From positions 96,001 to 160,000 of the forward strand of contig JAWAKK010000002.1 of the NCBI GenBank assembly GCA_038887515.1: a stretch of 64,000 nucleotides of DNA, in the 5' to 3' direction. Positions within the stretch are counted from its first letter, which is position 1. Every line of letters starts with the position of its first letter. The notes beneath the pieces were generated by a model. The model did not search any database. It saw nothing but the letters and a program-made list of their open reading frames with translations, and was not told the origin of the DNA. The DNA comes from Candidatus Nezhaarchaeales archaeon. Its GTDB lineage: Archaea; Thermoproteota; Methanomethylicia; Nezhaarchaeales; WYZ-LMO8. Made by a program: the position numbers and the translations under genes. This document shows, piece by piece, positions 20,683 through 31,755 of the stretch.

Positions 20683-21734
20683 TGAGGACCATGATTTTTT
20701 CTAAGCTTGATGCAGCCCTCTATCCATTTATAAGTTTAGCTTCGCAAATAGTAGAGGAATTAGAGAGTAGCTTGGGAGTGAACGTAATCCTAGCGTCTGA
20801 CTCAGAAGTTCTTCGAAGAAGTGTTGAACGTATTAGAGAAGCGGTATATGCTCGGGTTACATCGACCTACGAAAAGGACCTAGACGTTGAAATATTGTCT
20901 CACCCAGTAGCGTTATTGCTTGTAAAGAGCGCAAATAATACTAGGTTACTCAATGTATATGCAGAAGCCGAGAAAAACAGGGTTCTAATGAAATTGTTGC
21001 ACGAAAGCTATGAGAAGCTTATAGAGTTGGCTATTGATGGCTTCAGTTGGCGTGTCCGAAAGGAAGAAAATAGGCTACTTTTACGATTCGACGATTATCT
21101 CAGGGCTTCAATTAATATTGTCGACTCTTACTGGAAACTAGTTAATAGAGAAGTTGCGAATGGATATGTTGAGCTATCTAAAAGGGACTTTTCGAGACTC
21201 ATGGCCGAAGCTTATAGGATGAGGATATTAGATAAGACACAACGAGAAGAGGACATTAAAGTTCCTGAACATATTAAGCTTCTCGCAGAAGAACTAAATA
21301 AAGAATTTCAAGAAGTTCTACCTAAAGGCGATGTAAAGGTAGCGTTTATTGGCGAGTATAATCCTTCGGCGTTTCCTCCTTGTATTTTGAGGATGCTTGA
21401 TGATGCCAATCAAGGTAAGAATATTCCTCACATGGCTCGCTTCACTCTTGCAACGTTCCTCCTATCCATAGGAAAGAGGCCTGAAGAGCTTTTAGAAATA
21501 TTTCGTAAAATGCCCGATTTTGACGAGGACAGAACCTTATATCATTTAAGACATATAGCTGGCGAAATAGGTTCGAGGAAAAAATACCTTCCGCCAAGCT
21601 GTGCAACTCTGAGAACGTTCAATCTGTGTTCATCAGATGGTGGGATTTGCTTTAGAGTTAAGCATCCATTAGTTTACTACAACATCAAACTCAAGAAATT
21701 AAAGAGTGAAGGCCATGAAGGAGAAGCTAGATAA
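20682..21734 (+). CDS. priL: DNA primase large subunit
   Basis: FPPCI, HMARF, YLPPSC Fe-S domain, HPL. Confidence 0.92.
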   Translation: MRTMIFSKLDAALYPFISLASQIVEELESSLGVNVILASDSEVLRRSVERIREAVYARVTSTYEKDLDVEILSHPVALLLVKSANNTRLLNVYAEAEKNRVLMKLLHESYEKLIELAIDGFSWRVRKEENRLLLRFDDYLRASINIVDSYWKLVNREVANGYVELSKRDFSRLMAEAYRMRILDKTQREEDIKVPEHIKLLAEELNKEFQEVLPKGDVKVAFIGEYNPSAFPPCILRMLDDANQGKNIPHMARFTLATFLLSIGKRPEELLEIFRKMPDFDEDRTLYHLRHIAGEIGSRKKYLPPSCATLRTFNLCSSDGGICFRVKHPLVYYNIKLKKLKSEGHEGEAR

Positions 21735-22947
21735 CGAGAGTTTCGTTAAGAGGATGTTCAAAAAATATTATACGGAATGTGAAGTAGAGCCGCCCAGAGA
21801 ATATGAGAAGAGGGAGTACGCCTTCATAGTATCTAAGAAGGGCGAGATTATGAGACATAAATCCTTTGAAGACTGGAAGGATTTTAGGGATTTTCTAAAT
21901 AGGAACGCGCCGTTGCATGTCTTTTACTCATCAGCTTACTACCTACAGCCATCAGCTCCAGACATGGATGCTAAAGAATGGATTGGAGCGGATCTAATAT
22001 TCGATATAGATGTAGACCATATATATACTCCCTGCAAAGAAGATCACGATAAATGGACTTGCTTAGATTGCGGTCTTACTGGAAGCGGAATTCCTCGCGA
22101 ATCATGCCCCCAATGCTTAAGCAAGAGAATAGATGTTAAGGCTTGGTTTTGCGATAGGTGTCTCGAAGTAGCCAAGGAGGAGACCATAAAACTTGTTGAG
22201 GATTTTTTAATTCAGGATTTTGGCTTTTCGACGAAAGAAATATCGATAGCATTTTCAGGGCGAAGAGGCTTTCACGTACACGTAGAGAATGATGTAGTTA
22301 AGGAGTTAGATCAGAGGGCTAGAAGAGAAATAGTCGACTACGTAAAGGGTATAGGACTATCAATTCCAGGCAAAAAGAAGAAAGTTCTTGCTCCTCCATT
22401 AAGTGCTCGAGGGTGGCCAGGAAGGATCGCTAGGGGTGTATACGAGATTTTAAATTCATATAAGGTAGAGGACCTTACAAAGATCTTAGGCATAAAGATG
22501 AGGTCGCGTATCGAAGAGGCTGTAAAGATCGTAATCGAATCATTGGAGAAGTCCAAGAATTATTGGACTCTAGACCGTGTCACACATAAAGTCTGGCTTG
22601 AGGCTGTAAAAAAAGCTATAGAAAACAAGCGATGCGAAATCGATGAAAGGGTTACGACAGATATTAAGAGGTTAATAAGGTTGCCTGGATCCCTTCATGG
22701 GGGGACCGGGCTAATAGTCCTGAAGGTTGCACTAAGAGATATTGACTCCTTTGATCCATACATTCATGCGGTAGCGTTTAGTAAAGGTGAGATTAGGGTA
22801 AGGGCACTGAACGTCCCGAAGATAACGTTTTTAAATCAAGTTTGGGGACCCTACAAAAACGAAATAGTGGAGTTACCACTAGGGTTAGCAATATACTTGC
22901 TTTGTTCAGACAATGCTATTATAGACTGGGTGCCTGATAATGCTTAA
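21706..22947 (+). CDS. priS: DNA primase small subunit with Zn-finger insertion
   Basis: FDIDVD, FSGRRGFH, RLIRLPGSLH. Confidence 0.94.
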   Translation: MKAMKEKLDNESFVKRMFKKYYTECEVEPPREYEKREYAFIVSKKGEIMRHKSFEDWKDFRDFLNRNAPLHVFYSSAYYLQPSAPDMDAKEWIGADLIFDIDVDHIYTPCKEDHDKWTCLDCGLTGSGIPRESCPQCLSKRIDVKAWFCDRCLEVAKEETIKLVEDFLIQDFGFSTKEISIAFSGRRGFHVHVENDVVKELDQRARREIVDYVKGIGLSIPGKKKKVLAPPLSARGWPGRIARGVYEILNSYKVEDLTKILGIKMRSRIEEAVKIVIESLEKSKNYWTLDRVTHKVWLEAVKKAIENKRCEIDERVTTDIKRLIRLPGSLHGGTGLIVLKVALRDIDSFDPYIHAVAFSKGEIRVRALNVPKITFLNQVWGPYKNEIVELPLGLAIYLLCSDNAIIDWVPDNA

Positions 22948-23503
22948 GGAAGTGCTTAACGTCCTTCTTCGAGAGGTGTGTAGTGAAAAGCTTCTATGCA
23001 TACCTCAAAACTTTTACGATTCTGTCTTAAGCTATATTCATGCATTAAAGGTACGAAAGAACAATGAAGTTAACGAGATACAGCGCAAAATATGGGAGGA
23101 AGAAGTTAGGCTACTGGAAGAGGTATTGAAAGCCATTAGAAATGTCAGGGCTAAGAAGATAATAAGCGAGGTCATTAACGGTAATGTTGTAAAAGGATTA
23201 CCGCCGGAGGAAGATGTTTATTACTTAAATCTCAAGAGAGTACTTGACGTTGCGGAGACCAGTATAGGAACGGAGGTATCGGAACCTCGATGTGAGGGCA
23301 AAGTCTTATTGGTATTAAAGAAAGAGCTTGACGCCAATATCGCCGACAAGCTTGGTCTCTCTAATCTTGGACCAGAAGATGTAATCTTTATAAATAAGCG
23401 AGATGGTAGAATGCTCATCGATCTGGGCCTAGCAGAAGAGATAGAAATAGGTGATAGCAGTGAAGGTGCCGAAAGAGATAAACACGTATTGTCCAAAGTG
23501 TAA
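22940..23503 (+). CDS. GINS subunit (Gins51-type)
   Basis: IPQNFY, RAKKI, LPPEE; usual position between priS and rpl44e. Confidence 0.75.
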   Translation: MLKEVLNVLLREVCSEKLLCIPQNFYDSVLSYIHALKVRKNNEVNEIQRKIWEEEVRLLEEVLKAIRNVRAKKIISEVINGNVVKGLPPEEDVYYLNLKRVLDVAETSIGTEVSEPRCEGKVLLVLKKELDANIADKLGLSNLGPEDVIFINKRDGRMLIDLGLAEEIEIGDSSEGAERDKHVLSKV

Positions 23504-23750
23504 GACGCACACAGCTCATACTGTAATGATCTATAAAGCTGGAAAAAGAAGGACCCTAGCCGAGGGAGAGAGAAGATACGCTAGGAAAAAGAGAGGCTAC
23601 GGTAGCAAGAGAAAGCCCGAACAAAAAAGATTTGCCAAGGTTACGAAGAAGCAGGTCTTGAAATTGGTATGTAAGAAATGCGGTTACACTGTCCATAAGA
23701 GAGGTATAAGGCTGAAGAAACTGGAGCTCATAGAGGTAGTTAAGGGGTAG
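23451..23750 (+). CDS. rpl44e: Ribosomal protein eL42 (L44e)
   Basis: [21 protein letters not shown]. Confidence 0.95.
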   Translation: MIAVKVPKEINTYCPKCKTHTAHTVMIYKAGKRRTLAEGERRYARKKRGYGSKRKPEQKRFAKVTKKQVLKLVCKKCGYTVHKRGIRLKKLELIEVVKG

Positions 23751-23757
23751 CTGAGCC

Positions 23758-23958
23758 ATGGTTAGGAGGAGGAAAGAACTAGTACCAATGCCTAAATCTA
23801 AGTTCTACATTGTAAGGTGCCCCGATTGTGGTAATACTCAAACGATATTCAGTCACGCTTCAACTCGCATTAATTGTTTTGTCTGCGGAAAACCCCTAGC
23901 AATACCTACAGGTGGTAAAGCGAAGATAGAAGGTAAAAAGGTTAGCGAATTCGGGTGA
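23758..23958 (+). CDS. rps27e: Ribosomal protein eS27
   Basis: CPDCGN, FSHA, PTGGKA. Confidence 0.96.
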   Translation: MVRRRKELVPMPKSKFYIVRCPDCGNTQTIFSHASTRINCFVCGKPLAIPTGGKAKIEGKKVSEFG

Positions 23959-23974
23959 AGCCCAGAGAATTAAG

Positions 23975-24784
23975 GTGAAGAGAGTGGTCAGGAAGAGAAG
24001 AGAGTGGCCACAGCAAGGAGAAGTAGTTATAGGGACGATACTGCAAGTATTTGACAAAGGCGCCTACGTAGCTCTTGACGAGTACGGCAATAGAAGAGCG
24101 TATTTACCATTAAATGAAATCTCTTCTTCTTGGTTTCACAACATAAGGGACGTAATACGGGAAGGTCAAAAGACTGCCTTTAAGGTCATTAGGGTAGACG
24201 CCTTAAAGGGCCACGTGGACCTATCTCTCAAAAGAGTGGCAGACGTTGAAAGAAGCAGAAAGATGCTTGAATGGAAGAGGGCCAAGAAGGCAGAAGTTTT
24301 ACTTAACTTTACTGCAAAGAAGCTTGGAAAGAGCCTCGATGAAGCTTATAATGAAGTAGGGTGGAAACTTGAAGACTACTATGGTGAGATTTACGCCGGT
24401 CTTGAGGAGGCAGCTAGGAAGGGGATAAGCGCTTTACTTGTTGCTGGAATCAGCAAGGAGTGGTCAGAGGCCTTAATGGATGTAGTTAAAGAACATATAG
24501 AGATACCCCAAGTTAAGTTATCGATGGTTCTTGAGCTGAAGTGTTATGGATCTAGAGGAGTTGAAGTTATTAGGAAGGCTTTGATAGAAGCCCTAAACTA
24601 CGCTAAGTCCAAGGGGTATAACGTAAAGATTTATAGTGATGGAGCCCCAAAGTATAGGATCGATGCAATGGCAGAGGACTATAAGGGTCTTAAAAACATA
24701 CTAAAAGAAGTCGCAAGCATAGCTCTTAACGTGATATCAAAAGAGGGGGGCAATGGAAGAATCTTAGAAGAACCTAAGAAGTGA
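23975..24784 (+). CDS. eif2a: Translation initiation factor aIF2 alpha
   Basis: S1 domain, KGHVDLSLKRV, GAPKYRI. Confidence 0.95.
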   Translation: MKRVVRKRREWPQQGEVVIGTILQVFDKGAYVALDEYGNRRAYLPLNEISSSWFHNIRDVIREGQKTAFKVIRVDALKGHVDLSLKRVADVERSRKMLEWKRAKKAEVLLNFTAKKLGKSLDEAYNEVGWKLEDYYGEIYAGLEEAARKGISALLVAGISKEWSEALMDVVKEHIEIPQVKLSMVLELKCYGSRGVEVIRKALIEALNYAKSKGYNVKIYSDGAPKYRIDAMAEDYKGLKNILKEVASIALNVISKEGGNGRILEEPKK

Positions 24785-24794
24785 GGTTAAAACT

Positions 24795-24959
24795 TTGAGG
24801 AACTTAATGATGAAGTGCGTGAGTTGCGGAAAATACACGTTAAAGCGGGATGCATGCCCTTACTGTGGCGGCTCTCTTAAGAACCCTCATCCACCTAGAT
24901 ATTCGCCTCACGATAAGTATGTAAAGTATAGGCTTAAGGCTAAACTTTCAAACAGTTAA
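24795..24959 (+). CDS. nop10: H/ACA RNP protein Nop10 (not in ORF track)
   Basis: MRNLMMKCVSCGKYTL...CPYCG...HPPRYSPHDKY..YR, 54 aa; follows aIF2alpha. Confidence 0.93.
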   Translation: MRNLMMKCVSCGKYTLKRDACPYCGGSLKNPHPPRYSPHDKYVKYRLKAKLSNS

Positions 24960-27062
24960 CTAACTTTCATCATAAAGTACTTCATAAACTAGGACCTCTT
25001 GGTTCGGCTCGCTCGCGTACACTAATTTAAAGTATTGAGGTGCTGGAATGTGAAGTAGGCTATAGCTAATTCTGTAACCGCCGTCCTCGCTTTGAGTTAC
25101 ATTAAGATCCCTTAAGTAGAACATTCTGTTACCAACTGGTACATACAGTAACTTATAGAGGGTTGTTTCAGCGGCCTTTGGTCCTTTAGGTACTGGTACC
25201 ATTTGAGATAGGAAGTGAAAGTTGTCGAGGGCTATGTAATCGTTGACGTTAAAACCGGCTATGCTAGCCATAGCCGAGTAACTTATGGCAACGTAGTCGT
25301 GCCCCCACGAGATCCAAAGAGGAATAGGAATGCCTAGGGCTGAACCTATATCGAAGAATATTCCATGCACGACAACATGCGTAATCCCCAAGCTCTTGAA
25401 TATCTTTAGTGCTTCGGTCTCATTAGATAGAAAGGCTTGTGCTATGAGCCTTATTTGAGTTCCATTTATTGTTGCGTTATCGCAGACAGTAGTCCTATTG
25501 CCAACTATCGATATCCAATAACCGTGATCCCACCATGAAGCGACAACAGCATCCGTGGGTAAGTTGTCTCTGATCCAGGTAAGAGCGGAAAGCCAGTCTC
25601 TAGACATTAGAACGGGGCTATCGGCATATGCCACACCGATAGGTATGCCACTTTGAGGGTCAACGAGGTAGAAGCTGGTTACCGAGGGCGTTAGGATAAT
25701 GATGCATGCCAACAAGCCCAAAACTACATATGAAGAGGAGGGCTTAAACGTCTTCTTGGAAGGCTTCGTATGCCTGCCAGCCATGCTCTTTGCGACGTGA
25801 GAAAGGAGCCTTGAAGCAGCAATCCCAGCTAAAATTGAGAAAACCGGTGCTAAAAGCAGGTTTAGCCTTACTAGGTTTGCAGCTACGTAGGCTGTGGAGA
25901 CCCCTAGTAATATTAGGAGGACGTCAACGTCGTTGAGTCTACGTGATAGGAAGAATAGGCCTGCAACACCAAGCAGTAGTATAAAGCCAAATTGCAAGAA
26001 GAAGTGAGACCAGGTTGTCAAAGCATGTTCTGCAACGGACTTCACTAGGGGATCTTCCGACCTAATCCATGGAAGTACGGCCGTTAGATACCTAAGACTT
26101 ACAGAAGGGCCTCTTAGCGCTATAAAGGCCAAGCCAGCTACTATCAGTACAGCTATGTAACCTGTTGTGAATAGGTTTTTAATTTTAAGAGGAATATGCA
26201 TCCTTACCTCACAAACTATTAATGTTACGATTGCTAGAAGGGGTAGTATGGCCATAGGTGAAGTGAGGAGACCTATCCCATTCTTCGGGACCATAGAAGC
26301 TACTAAGAGGCCAACAATTAGCGTGGGCAAGGAGGCTGACAACAGGTTCTTACTATAGCGTTTCATCACTATTAAGATGAGCGTGTATAGAGCGAGGAGG
26401 TTAAGGGGGTATACGAAGGCGCCCCACGTAATGCCCATATAACCTAAAGCTAGGCCTGCTACTACACCGCTAATAGTAGAGTTTTTCTTTAACGCCCTTA
26501 CGTAAAAGAAAAGTGCGATTACTAACATTAATATGCCTACGCTTTCATCATCAAAAAAGCCGAAGATAGTCCTAGAGATATAGGCAGAGTTAACCGCTAT
26601 AAAGAGGCTAGCGAGAATACCCGCTACATCACCTTCGACTTCTCTAACGAGAAAGAAGATAGCTATGGCAGTTATGGCGCCGAGTATTGGCGGTAATATA
26701 CAACAGAAAGTCATTAGGTCGATTTCTAAGCCGAAGGGCTTAACAAGCATGTATAGAAATGCGCCAATAAAGGCTACCCCTGGAAATGATGTCTGTGATA
26801 TAGATCTGCCCCAAGGGGCCCAGAATCGATGATCCACTCCCCACGAAAACCATTCTACAAATCCGCTCCACCCCTTATTAACTACATAGTTAGCCATGTA
26901 ATACTGGTAGAATGGATCGTGTTCGTTTAATACGAAAACCCCATACTTCAAAGGCATTAAGCGTAGCGATAGGGCTATTATGAATACTATTACCATCGAT
27001 GTTGCTACGATAATCAACTTCTTAGAATTCATGCAAGGCACCAGCTTACAACAAACTTTCAT
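24960..27062 (-). CDS. aglB: Oligosaccharyltransferase AglB (STT3)
   Basis: EHDP, DDE, SVAEH, WWDHG, DNATIN; many TM segments. Confidence 0.93.
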   Translation of the reverse strand: MKVCCKLVPCMNSKKLIIVATSMVIVFIIALSLRLMPLKYGVFVLNEHDPFYQYYMANYVVNKGWSGFVEWFSWGVDHRFWAPWGRSISQTSFPGVAFIGAFLYMLVKPFGLEIDLMTFCCILPPILGAITAIAIFFLVREVEGDVAGILASLFIAVNSAYISRTIFGFFDDESVGILMLVIALFFYVRALKKNSTISGVVAGLALGYMGITWGAFVYPLNLLALYTLILIVMKRYSKNLLSASLPTLIVGLLVASMVPKNGIGLLTSPMAILPLLAIVTLIVCEVRMHIPLKIKNLFTTGYIAVLIVAGLAFIALRGPSVSLRYLTAVLPWIRSEDPLVKSVAEHALTTWSHFFLQFGFILLLGVAGLFFLSRRLNDVDVLLILLGVSTAYVAANLVRLNLLLAPVFSILAGIAASRLLSHVAKSMAGRHTKPSKKTFKPSSSYVVLGLLACIIILTPSVTSFYLVDPQSGIPIGVAYADSPVLMSRDWLSALTWIRDNLPTDAVVASWWDHGYWISIVGNRTTVCDNATINGTQIRLIAQAFLSNETEALKIFKSLGITHVVVHGIFFDIGSALGIPIPLWISWGHDYVAISYSAMASIAGFNVNDYIALDNFHFLSQMVPVPKGPKAAETTLYKLLYVPVGNRMFYLRDLNVTQSEDGGYRISYSLLHIPAPQYFKLVYASEPNQEVLVYEVLYDES

Positions 27063-27171
27063 AATAGCTAGTAATAAACTTAAAGTTTTTTAGACCGCTA
27101 TAATCTGGAAACTACAAGCCATCAATATTGAGAAAGGTAAAAGTGTTTGAGGACCTGCGAACTGAATCAAG

Positions 27172-30100
27172 GTGATTCGTATGGAATTGAAATACTATGA
27201 TCCGCTCAAGATCGAGCAGTATGTTAGGGATTATTGGAGTAGAAATAACATAGCAAATAAGTGCTTCAGTCTTAGAAGGGGAGGAAAGCTATTTAGCTTC
27301 CTAGAGGGGCCCCCTACGACTAATGGTTTTATGCATGTTGGTCATGCTAGGGGTAGAACCCTCAAGGACGTTATAATTAAGTTTAAGCTTATGCAGGGAT
27401 TTGACGTTTGGCGCCGCGCTGGTTGGGATACGCAAGGCCTACCCGTTGAGCTTGAAGCTGAGAAAAGCTTAGGTTTAAAGTCGAAGAAGGAGATAGAGAC
27501 CATAGGATACGAAAGGTTTGTAGAAGAATGTAATAGGCTTGTAGATTTTTACTTGAGCCATTGGAGGAAAGCTTCTGAGCTATTAGGGCTATGGCTAGAC
27601 TATGACAATGCTTATGAGACGAGGAAGAAGGAGTACATAGAGTTCATATGGTGGGCTCTAAAGCAAGCCTACGATAAAGGGTTATTAGTTGAGGACCTTA
27701 AGGTGATAGCGTTTTGCCCTCGCTGTGAAACTCCTCTATCCGATCAAGAGGTTGCTTTAGGCTACATGAGCATAGATGATCCCTCAATTTATGTCAAAAT
27801 ACCATTATCGGCTCAAGGCTCTACCTACATAATTATCTGGACGACGACTCCTTGGACTTTACCTGCAAACGAGGCCGTGTGTTTACATCCTGACGAACAT
27901 TACGTCGAGGTCGAAGTACAAGGCGAAAAGTGGATATTAGCTGAAAAGCTTGTAGAGAAAGTTATGAGTGAAGTAAAAGTAGCAAACTACAAAGTTCTTA
28001 GAAGATTCCTCGGATCAGAGATCGAAGGCGTGAAATACGTTCATCCACTGCTAGACGAAGTTCCCGAACATAAGTGTCACGAGAGTTCCCACATAGTAAC
28101 GTGCGACCAAAGAGTAAGTATGGAGGAGGGGAGCGGTTGCGTTCACATAGCTCCTGCACATGGACCCGAAGACTTTGAGATAGGCAGGAAATACTCTTTG
28201 CCGGTATTCTGCCCAGTCGACCTCAATGGTGGTTATACTGATAAGGCTGGAAAGTACAGGGGACTATACGTAAGAGAAGCGAACAAATTAATAATTGACG
28301 ATCTAAAAAGAAGGGGGCTGTTGGTATACGAAGGAATTATAACTCATGAGTACCCTCATTGTTGGAGATGCAATACTCCTTTAATTTACAGAGCCGACAA
28401 GCAGTGGTTTTTACGGATAGAGCCTGTAAAGGAGGTAATTCTGGAAGAAAACAAGAAAGTAAAGTGGGTTCCTCAGTGGGCTGGAGAAGCTAGATTTCAC
28501 AACTGGATAGTTAATGCGAGGGACTGGTGTATCTCACGTCTAAGAGTATGGGGCTCTCCATTAAATATTTGGACGTGTACTAAATGTGCTAATAGAGTTT
28601 GCGTAGGTTCTATTGAAGAGCTCAAAAGCTTGGCCGTGACGGTAGTAGAGGATCTAGAATTACACAGACCGTGGATCGACGCTGTAAAGCTTAGATGTCC
28701 AAAATGCGGTGGAGATATGGTAAGAGAGCCACACGTCTTAGATTGCTGGCTTGACTCGGGCTTAGCGCATGCAGCTAGCGTCAATTACTTAAAAGATAAA
28801 TCTATATTTCAGGTTGTTTTCCCCTACGATTTTATAACTGAAGCTGTAGACCAGACGAGAGGATGGTTCTTTTCTTTGATATTCACGAGTGTAATGCTTT
28901 TCAATAAATCGCCCTATAAGAGCGTGCTATGTCAAGGACACGTACTCGACAAGCTAGGCCAGAAAATGTCGAAGAGCAAAGGCAACGTTGTTTGGGCCCT
29001 TGACGTTATGGAAAGAGAGGGGACGGATCCTCTACGTCTCTACTTAGTCATGAAGTCCGCTCCTTGGGATTCATTGAACTTCGATATTGAAGAGCTAAGA
29101 ACTGTTAAGCGCCTCTTAAATACGATATTCAATGTATTTAAGTTTGCAAGTACGTACATGGAGTTAGATAAGTTTAACTATGGAAAGAATCCGATAGACA
29201 ACTTCGTCGATAAATTAAAACCAGAAGACCAATGGATCCTTTCAAGGATTCAAACGACTATTGAAAACGTCACATCAAATATTGAAGCTTTTAACGTACA
29301 TGAAGCCTCAAAAGCCGTCGTAAACTTTATGATAGAAGATTTAAGTCATGGTTATATAAGGTTCATAAGAAGGAGGGTTTGGCTGGAAGAGGAGAATATC
29401 GAAAAACTGATGACGTACAGCGTTTTGTACTACGTCCTTGATAAGGCTCTAAGGTTATTGGCGCCCTTCACCCCTCATATAGCAGAATGGCTGTATCAAG
29501 TCTTTTTAAGGAAGTTCGGCGATTGGAAGGAAGAAAGCATATTTATGCTTGAGTGGCCGCATGCGGAACCTCGATTTATTAATAGAGAGCTTGAGGAGGG
29601 AGGAGAACAACTCATAAGCACCTTGACCCTTGTCGCTAGTGCAAGGCAAAAAGCTAGACTTAAGAGTAGGTGGCCAGTATCTGGAGTAGTCGTAGTATTA
29701 TTTAATGAAGACTTATCTAAGAAGCTCGAAAACTTCTTAAACCTACTCCGTGAACAGGCCAATGCGCGAAGCGTGGCCATAACTAGTAACATACCCGCTG
29801 ATTTAAAGTTGAAAGTAAAGATTCAAGAAGGAAAGGTTAAGAAATTTGGAGAAAAGGTTAAGAGTTTAAATGAGTTCTTGGAGAATGTTGAAGCTGGAAG
29901 GCTCATACGAGAGTTGTGCGTCTACGGTAAGACGTGTATCAATTTAAGCGGTGAAGAAGTTTTCTTGGAAAGTGAAGACGTGGAAGTCGTAAGCGCCGAA
30001 GACGGAGCTAAGTGGGTCTTCGTTTTAGGGAAACATATGGTTGTTTGCTTAAATACTACTCGAGATAAAGAGTTAGAAGCTGAAGCTATTACTAGGGAAA

Positions 30101-30363
30101 TAGTCCGCAGAGTACAATACATGCGTAAAGAACTTGACCTGAAAATCGAGGATTACATAGACTTAATTCTTGAAGCTGAAGAGGGATCGCTAGACATCTT
30201 AGATTTAAAGAACATCAGTTACTTAAAGAGCGAAGTTAGGGCGAAGGAGTTTAAGATAATCACTAGTGGAGTAGCCATAAATAGGGGAAAGGGATGGCAT
30301 ACCAAGGAGTGGGACATTGACGGTTTAAAAGTCACCATACACTTACGAAGGACAGAAGGTTAA
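27172..30363 (+). CDS. ileS: Isoleucyl-tRNA synthetase
   Basis: HVGH, WTTTPWTL, DQTRGWF, KMSKS. Confidence 0.96.
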   Translation: MIRMELKYYDPLKIEQYVRDYWSRNNIANKCFSLRRGGKLFSFLEGPPTTNGFMHVGHARGRTLKDVIIKFKLMQGFDVWRRAGWDTQGLPVELEAEKSLGLKSKKEIETIGYERFVEECNRLVDFYLSHWRKASELLGLWLDYDNAYETRKKEYIEFIWWALKQAYDKGLLVEDLKVIAFCPRCETPLSDQEVALGYMSIDDPSIYVKIPLSAQGSTYIIIWTTTPWTLPANEAVCLHPDEHYVEVEVQGEKWILAEKLVEKVMSEVKVANYKVLRRFLGSEIEGVKYVHPLLDEVPEHKCHESSHIVTCDQRVSMEEGSGCVHIAPAHGPEDFEIGRKYSLPVFCPVDLNGGYTDKAGKYRGLYVREANKLIIDDLKRRGLLVYEGIITHEYPHCWRCNTPLIYRADKQWFLRIEPVKEVILEENKKVKWVPQWAGEARFHNWIVNARDWCISRLRVWGSPLNIWTCTKCANRVCVGSIEELKSLAVTVVEDLELHRPWIDAVKLRCPKCGGDMVREPHVLDCWLDSGLAHAASVNYLKDKSIFQVVFPYDFITEAVDQTRGWFFSLIFTSVMLFNKSPYKSVLCQGHVLDKLGQKMSKSKGNVVWALDVMEREGTDPLRLYLVMKSAPWDSLNFDIEELRTVKRLLNTIFNVFKFASTYMELDKFNYGKNPIDNFVDKLKPEDQWILSRIQTTIENVTSNIEAFNVHEASKAVVNFMIEDLSHGYIRFIRRRVWLEEENIEKLMTYSVLYYVLDKALRLLAPFTPHIAEWLYQVFLRKFGDWKEESIFMLEWPHAEPRFINRELEEGGEQLISTLTLVASARQKARLKSRWPVSGVVVVLFNEDLSKKLENFLNLLREQANARSVAITSNIPADLKLKVKIQEGKVKKFGEKVKSLNEFLENVEAGRLIRELCVYGKTCINLSGEEVFLESEDVEVVSAEDGAKWVFVLGKHMVVCLNTTRDKELEAEAITREIVRRVQYMRKELDLKIEDYIDLILEAEEGSLDILDLKNISYLKSEVRAKEFKIITSGVAINRGKGWHTKEWDIDGLKVTIHLRRTEG

Positions 30364-30405
30364 AGTAAAAGTTTTTAGTTAAGCGAGGGACTTGAAGTAT
30401 TTTGA

Positions 30406-30490
30406 GCCGGGATGGCCGAGTGGACCAAGGCGCCAGCCTTGAGAGCTGGTGTCCCCATGGGACGCGCGGGTTCGAATCCCGCTCCCGGCG
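30406..30490 (+). tRNA. tRNA-Ser(TGA), no intron, CCA not encoded
   Basis: GCCGGGA/TCCCGGC acceptor stem, CCAGC-CTTGAGA-GCTGG anticodon arm, long variable arm, GGTTCGAATCC. Confidence 0.96.
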
Positions 30491-30534
30491 CTATAATAAA
30501 GCAATCCCGATAATCACTTAATGGTGGCCCTATA

Positions 30535-30960
30535 ATGAGTATAAGGTTCTTGGATCATCCTTCAGACGTGTACGTTGAAGTAAGGACCAAGAGTTTAAAA
30601 GATGCTTTAGCTCTTTGCGGAGTAGCAGTTTACGAAATAATGACCGATATAAATCGTGTAGGTAGAGTAGAGAAGGTAGAGGTAGCTGTTGAAGGATTTG
30701 ACCTTTATTCTTTACTTTATAATTGGCTAGAAGAGCTCATTTACCTCTTCGATGCAAGAGGGTTCCTAGGATCTGAAGTACACATTGAAGAGTTAATCGA
30801 AACAGAGGCAGGGTTTAAGCTTAAAGCTACCATTATTGGTGAAAGATACGATCCGCAACGTCACGAGTCTAAGACCGCCATAAAGGCTGCCACTTACCAC
30901 TTGATGGAAATAAGGAGGGAGGGGGAAGAGTACGTTCTAAGATTTGTCTTAGACATATAA
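30535..30960 (+). CDS. Archease
   Basis: LDHPSD, IKAATYH, terminal VLDI. Confidence 0.92.
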   Translation: MSIRFLDHPSDVYVEVRTKSLKDALALCGVAVYEIMTDINRVGRVEKVEVAVEGFDLYSLLYNWLEELIYLFDARGFLGSEVHIEELIETEAGFKLKATIIGERYDPQRHESKTAIKAATYHLMEIRREGEEYVLRFVLDI

Positions 30961-31016
30961 CTTAATACACATAGCTTAATGAACGTATAATCCATGCAGT
31001 AATTTGCCTGAACCTC

Positions 31017-31745
31017 CTACTTCGACTTAATGTACATCTCCCTTTTCCTTAAGAATTCTACTATATTGCTGAATGGTTTAGCCGGGACGCCTTTAACTGC
31101 AACGCCCCTAGGGACGTCTCTTGTCACTACGCTTCCTGCTGCAATAAATGACTCCTCTCCCACTTCTACTCCTGCAACAATTATGGCGTTAGCGGCTATT
31201 ATTGCCCCCCTACCTATCTTTGTTGAAACTATTCTTCTACTAGGAGGATACTTATCATTAGTTATGACTACCTTAGGACCTAGAAAAACGTCGTCGCATA
31301 TTATGGTACCCCTAGGTATAAAGACGCCTGATTGTATGTTAACTCTTTTACCTATGCGAGTCTCCCCTTCTATAATTGTATAAGAGCCTACACTCGAATG
31401 GTCGCCTACCTCAGTGTCTTCGCGAACAAGTACGTTATGCCCAAAGTGCACCTCGTCGCCTACCTTAACTCGTTCATAAACTACGCAGCCGCTACGTAAA
31501 ATACATCTTTCCCCCACTATACAGCCTTTACTTACCTCGTCAAAAGCGGAGTCGATGCTCCGCCCTTGTATACTTGACTCTAATAACTTAGCTAGGCTCT
31601 GGCGTGTAGGATACCCCAGTATAACCATGTCGTCAATGATCGTATCTTTGCCTACGAAAGTACTTCCATAAACCTTTATCAGGGATCCGAGGATACAAGC
31701 GTTTACCAAGGCTCTACTGGAAATATACCGCAACAAGGTTACCAC
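31017..31745 (-). CDS. Hexapeptide-repeat acetyltransferase
   Basis: Left-handed beta-helix repeats, TNDKYP, AGSVVTRDV, GVPAK. Confidence 0.88.
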   Translation of the reverse strand: MVTLLRYISSRALVNACILGSLIKVYGSTFVGKDTIIDDMVILGYPTRQSLAKLLESSIQGRSIDSAFDEVSKGCIVGERCILRSGCVVYERVKVGDEVHFGHNVLVREDTEVGDHSSVGSYTIIEGETRIGKRVNIQSGVFIPRGTIICDDVFLGPKVVITNDKYPPSRRIVSTKIGRGAIIAANAIIVAGVEVGEESFIAAGSVVTRDVPRGVAVKGVPAKPFSNIVEFLRKREMYIKSK

Positions 31746-31755
31746 CTAATTTGAG

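Noticed and set aside
19933-24959. Replication-translation gene cluster as a novelty
   Set aside because: PCNA-priS-gins-rpl44e-rps27e-aIF2alpha-nop10 is a known conserved archaeal cluster
30406-30490. tRNA with long variable arm as tRNA-Sec or a suppressor
   Set aside because: Anticodon TGA reads the Ser codon UCA; normal 7-bp acceptor stem and G discriminator
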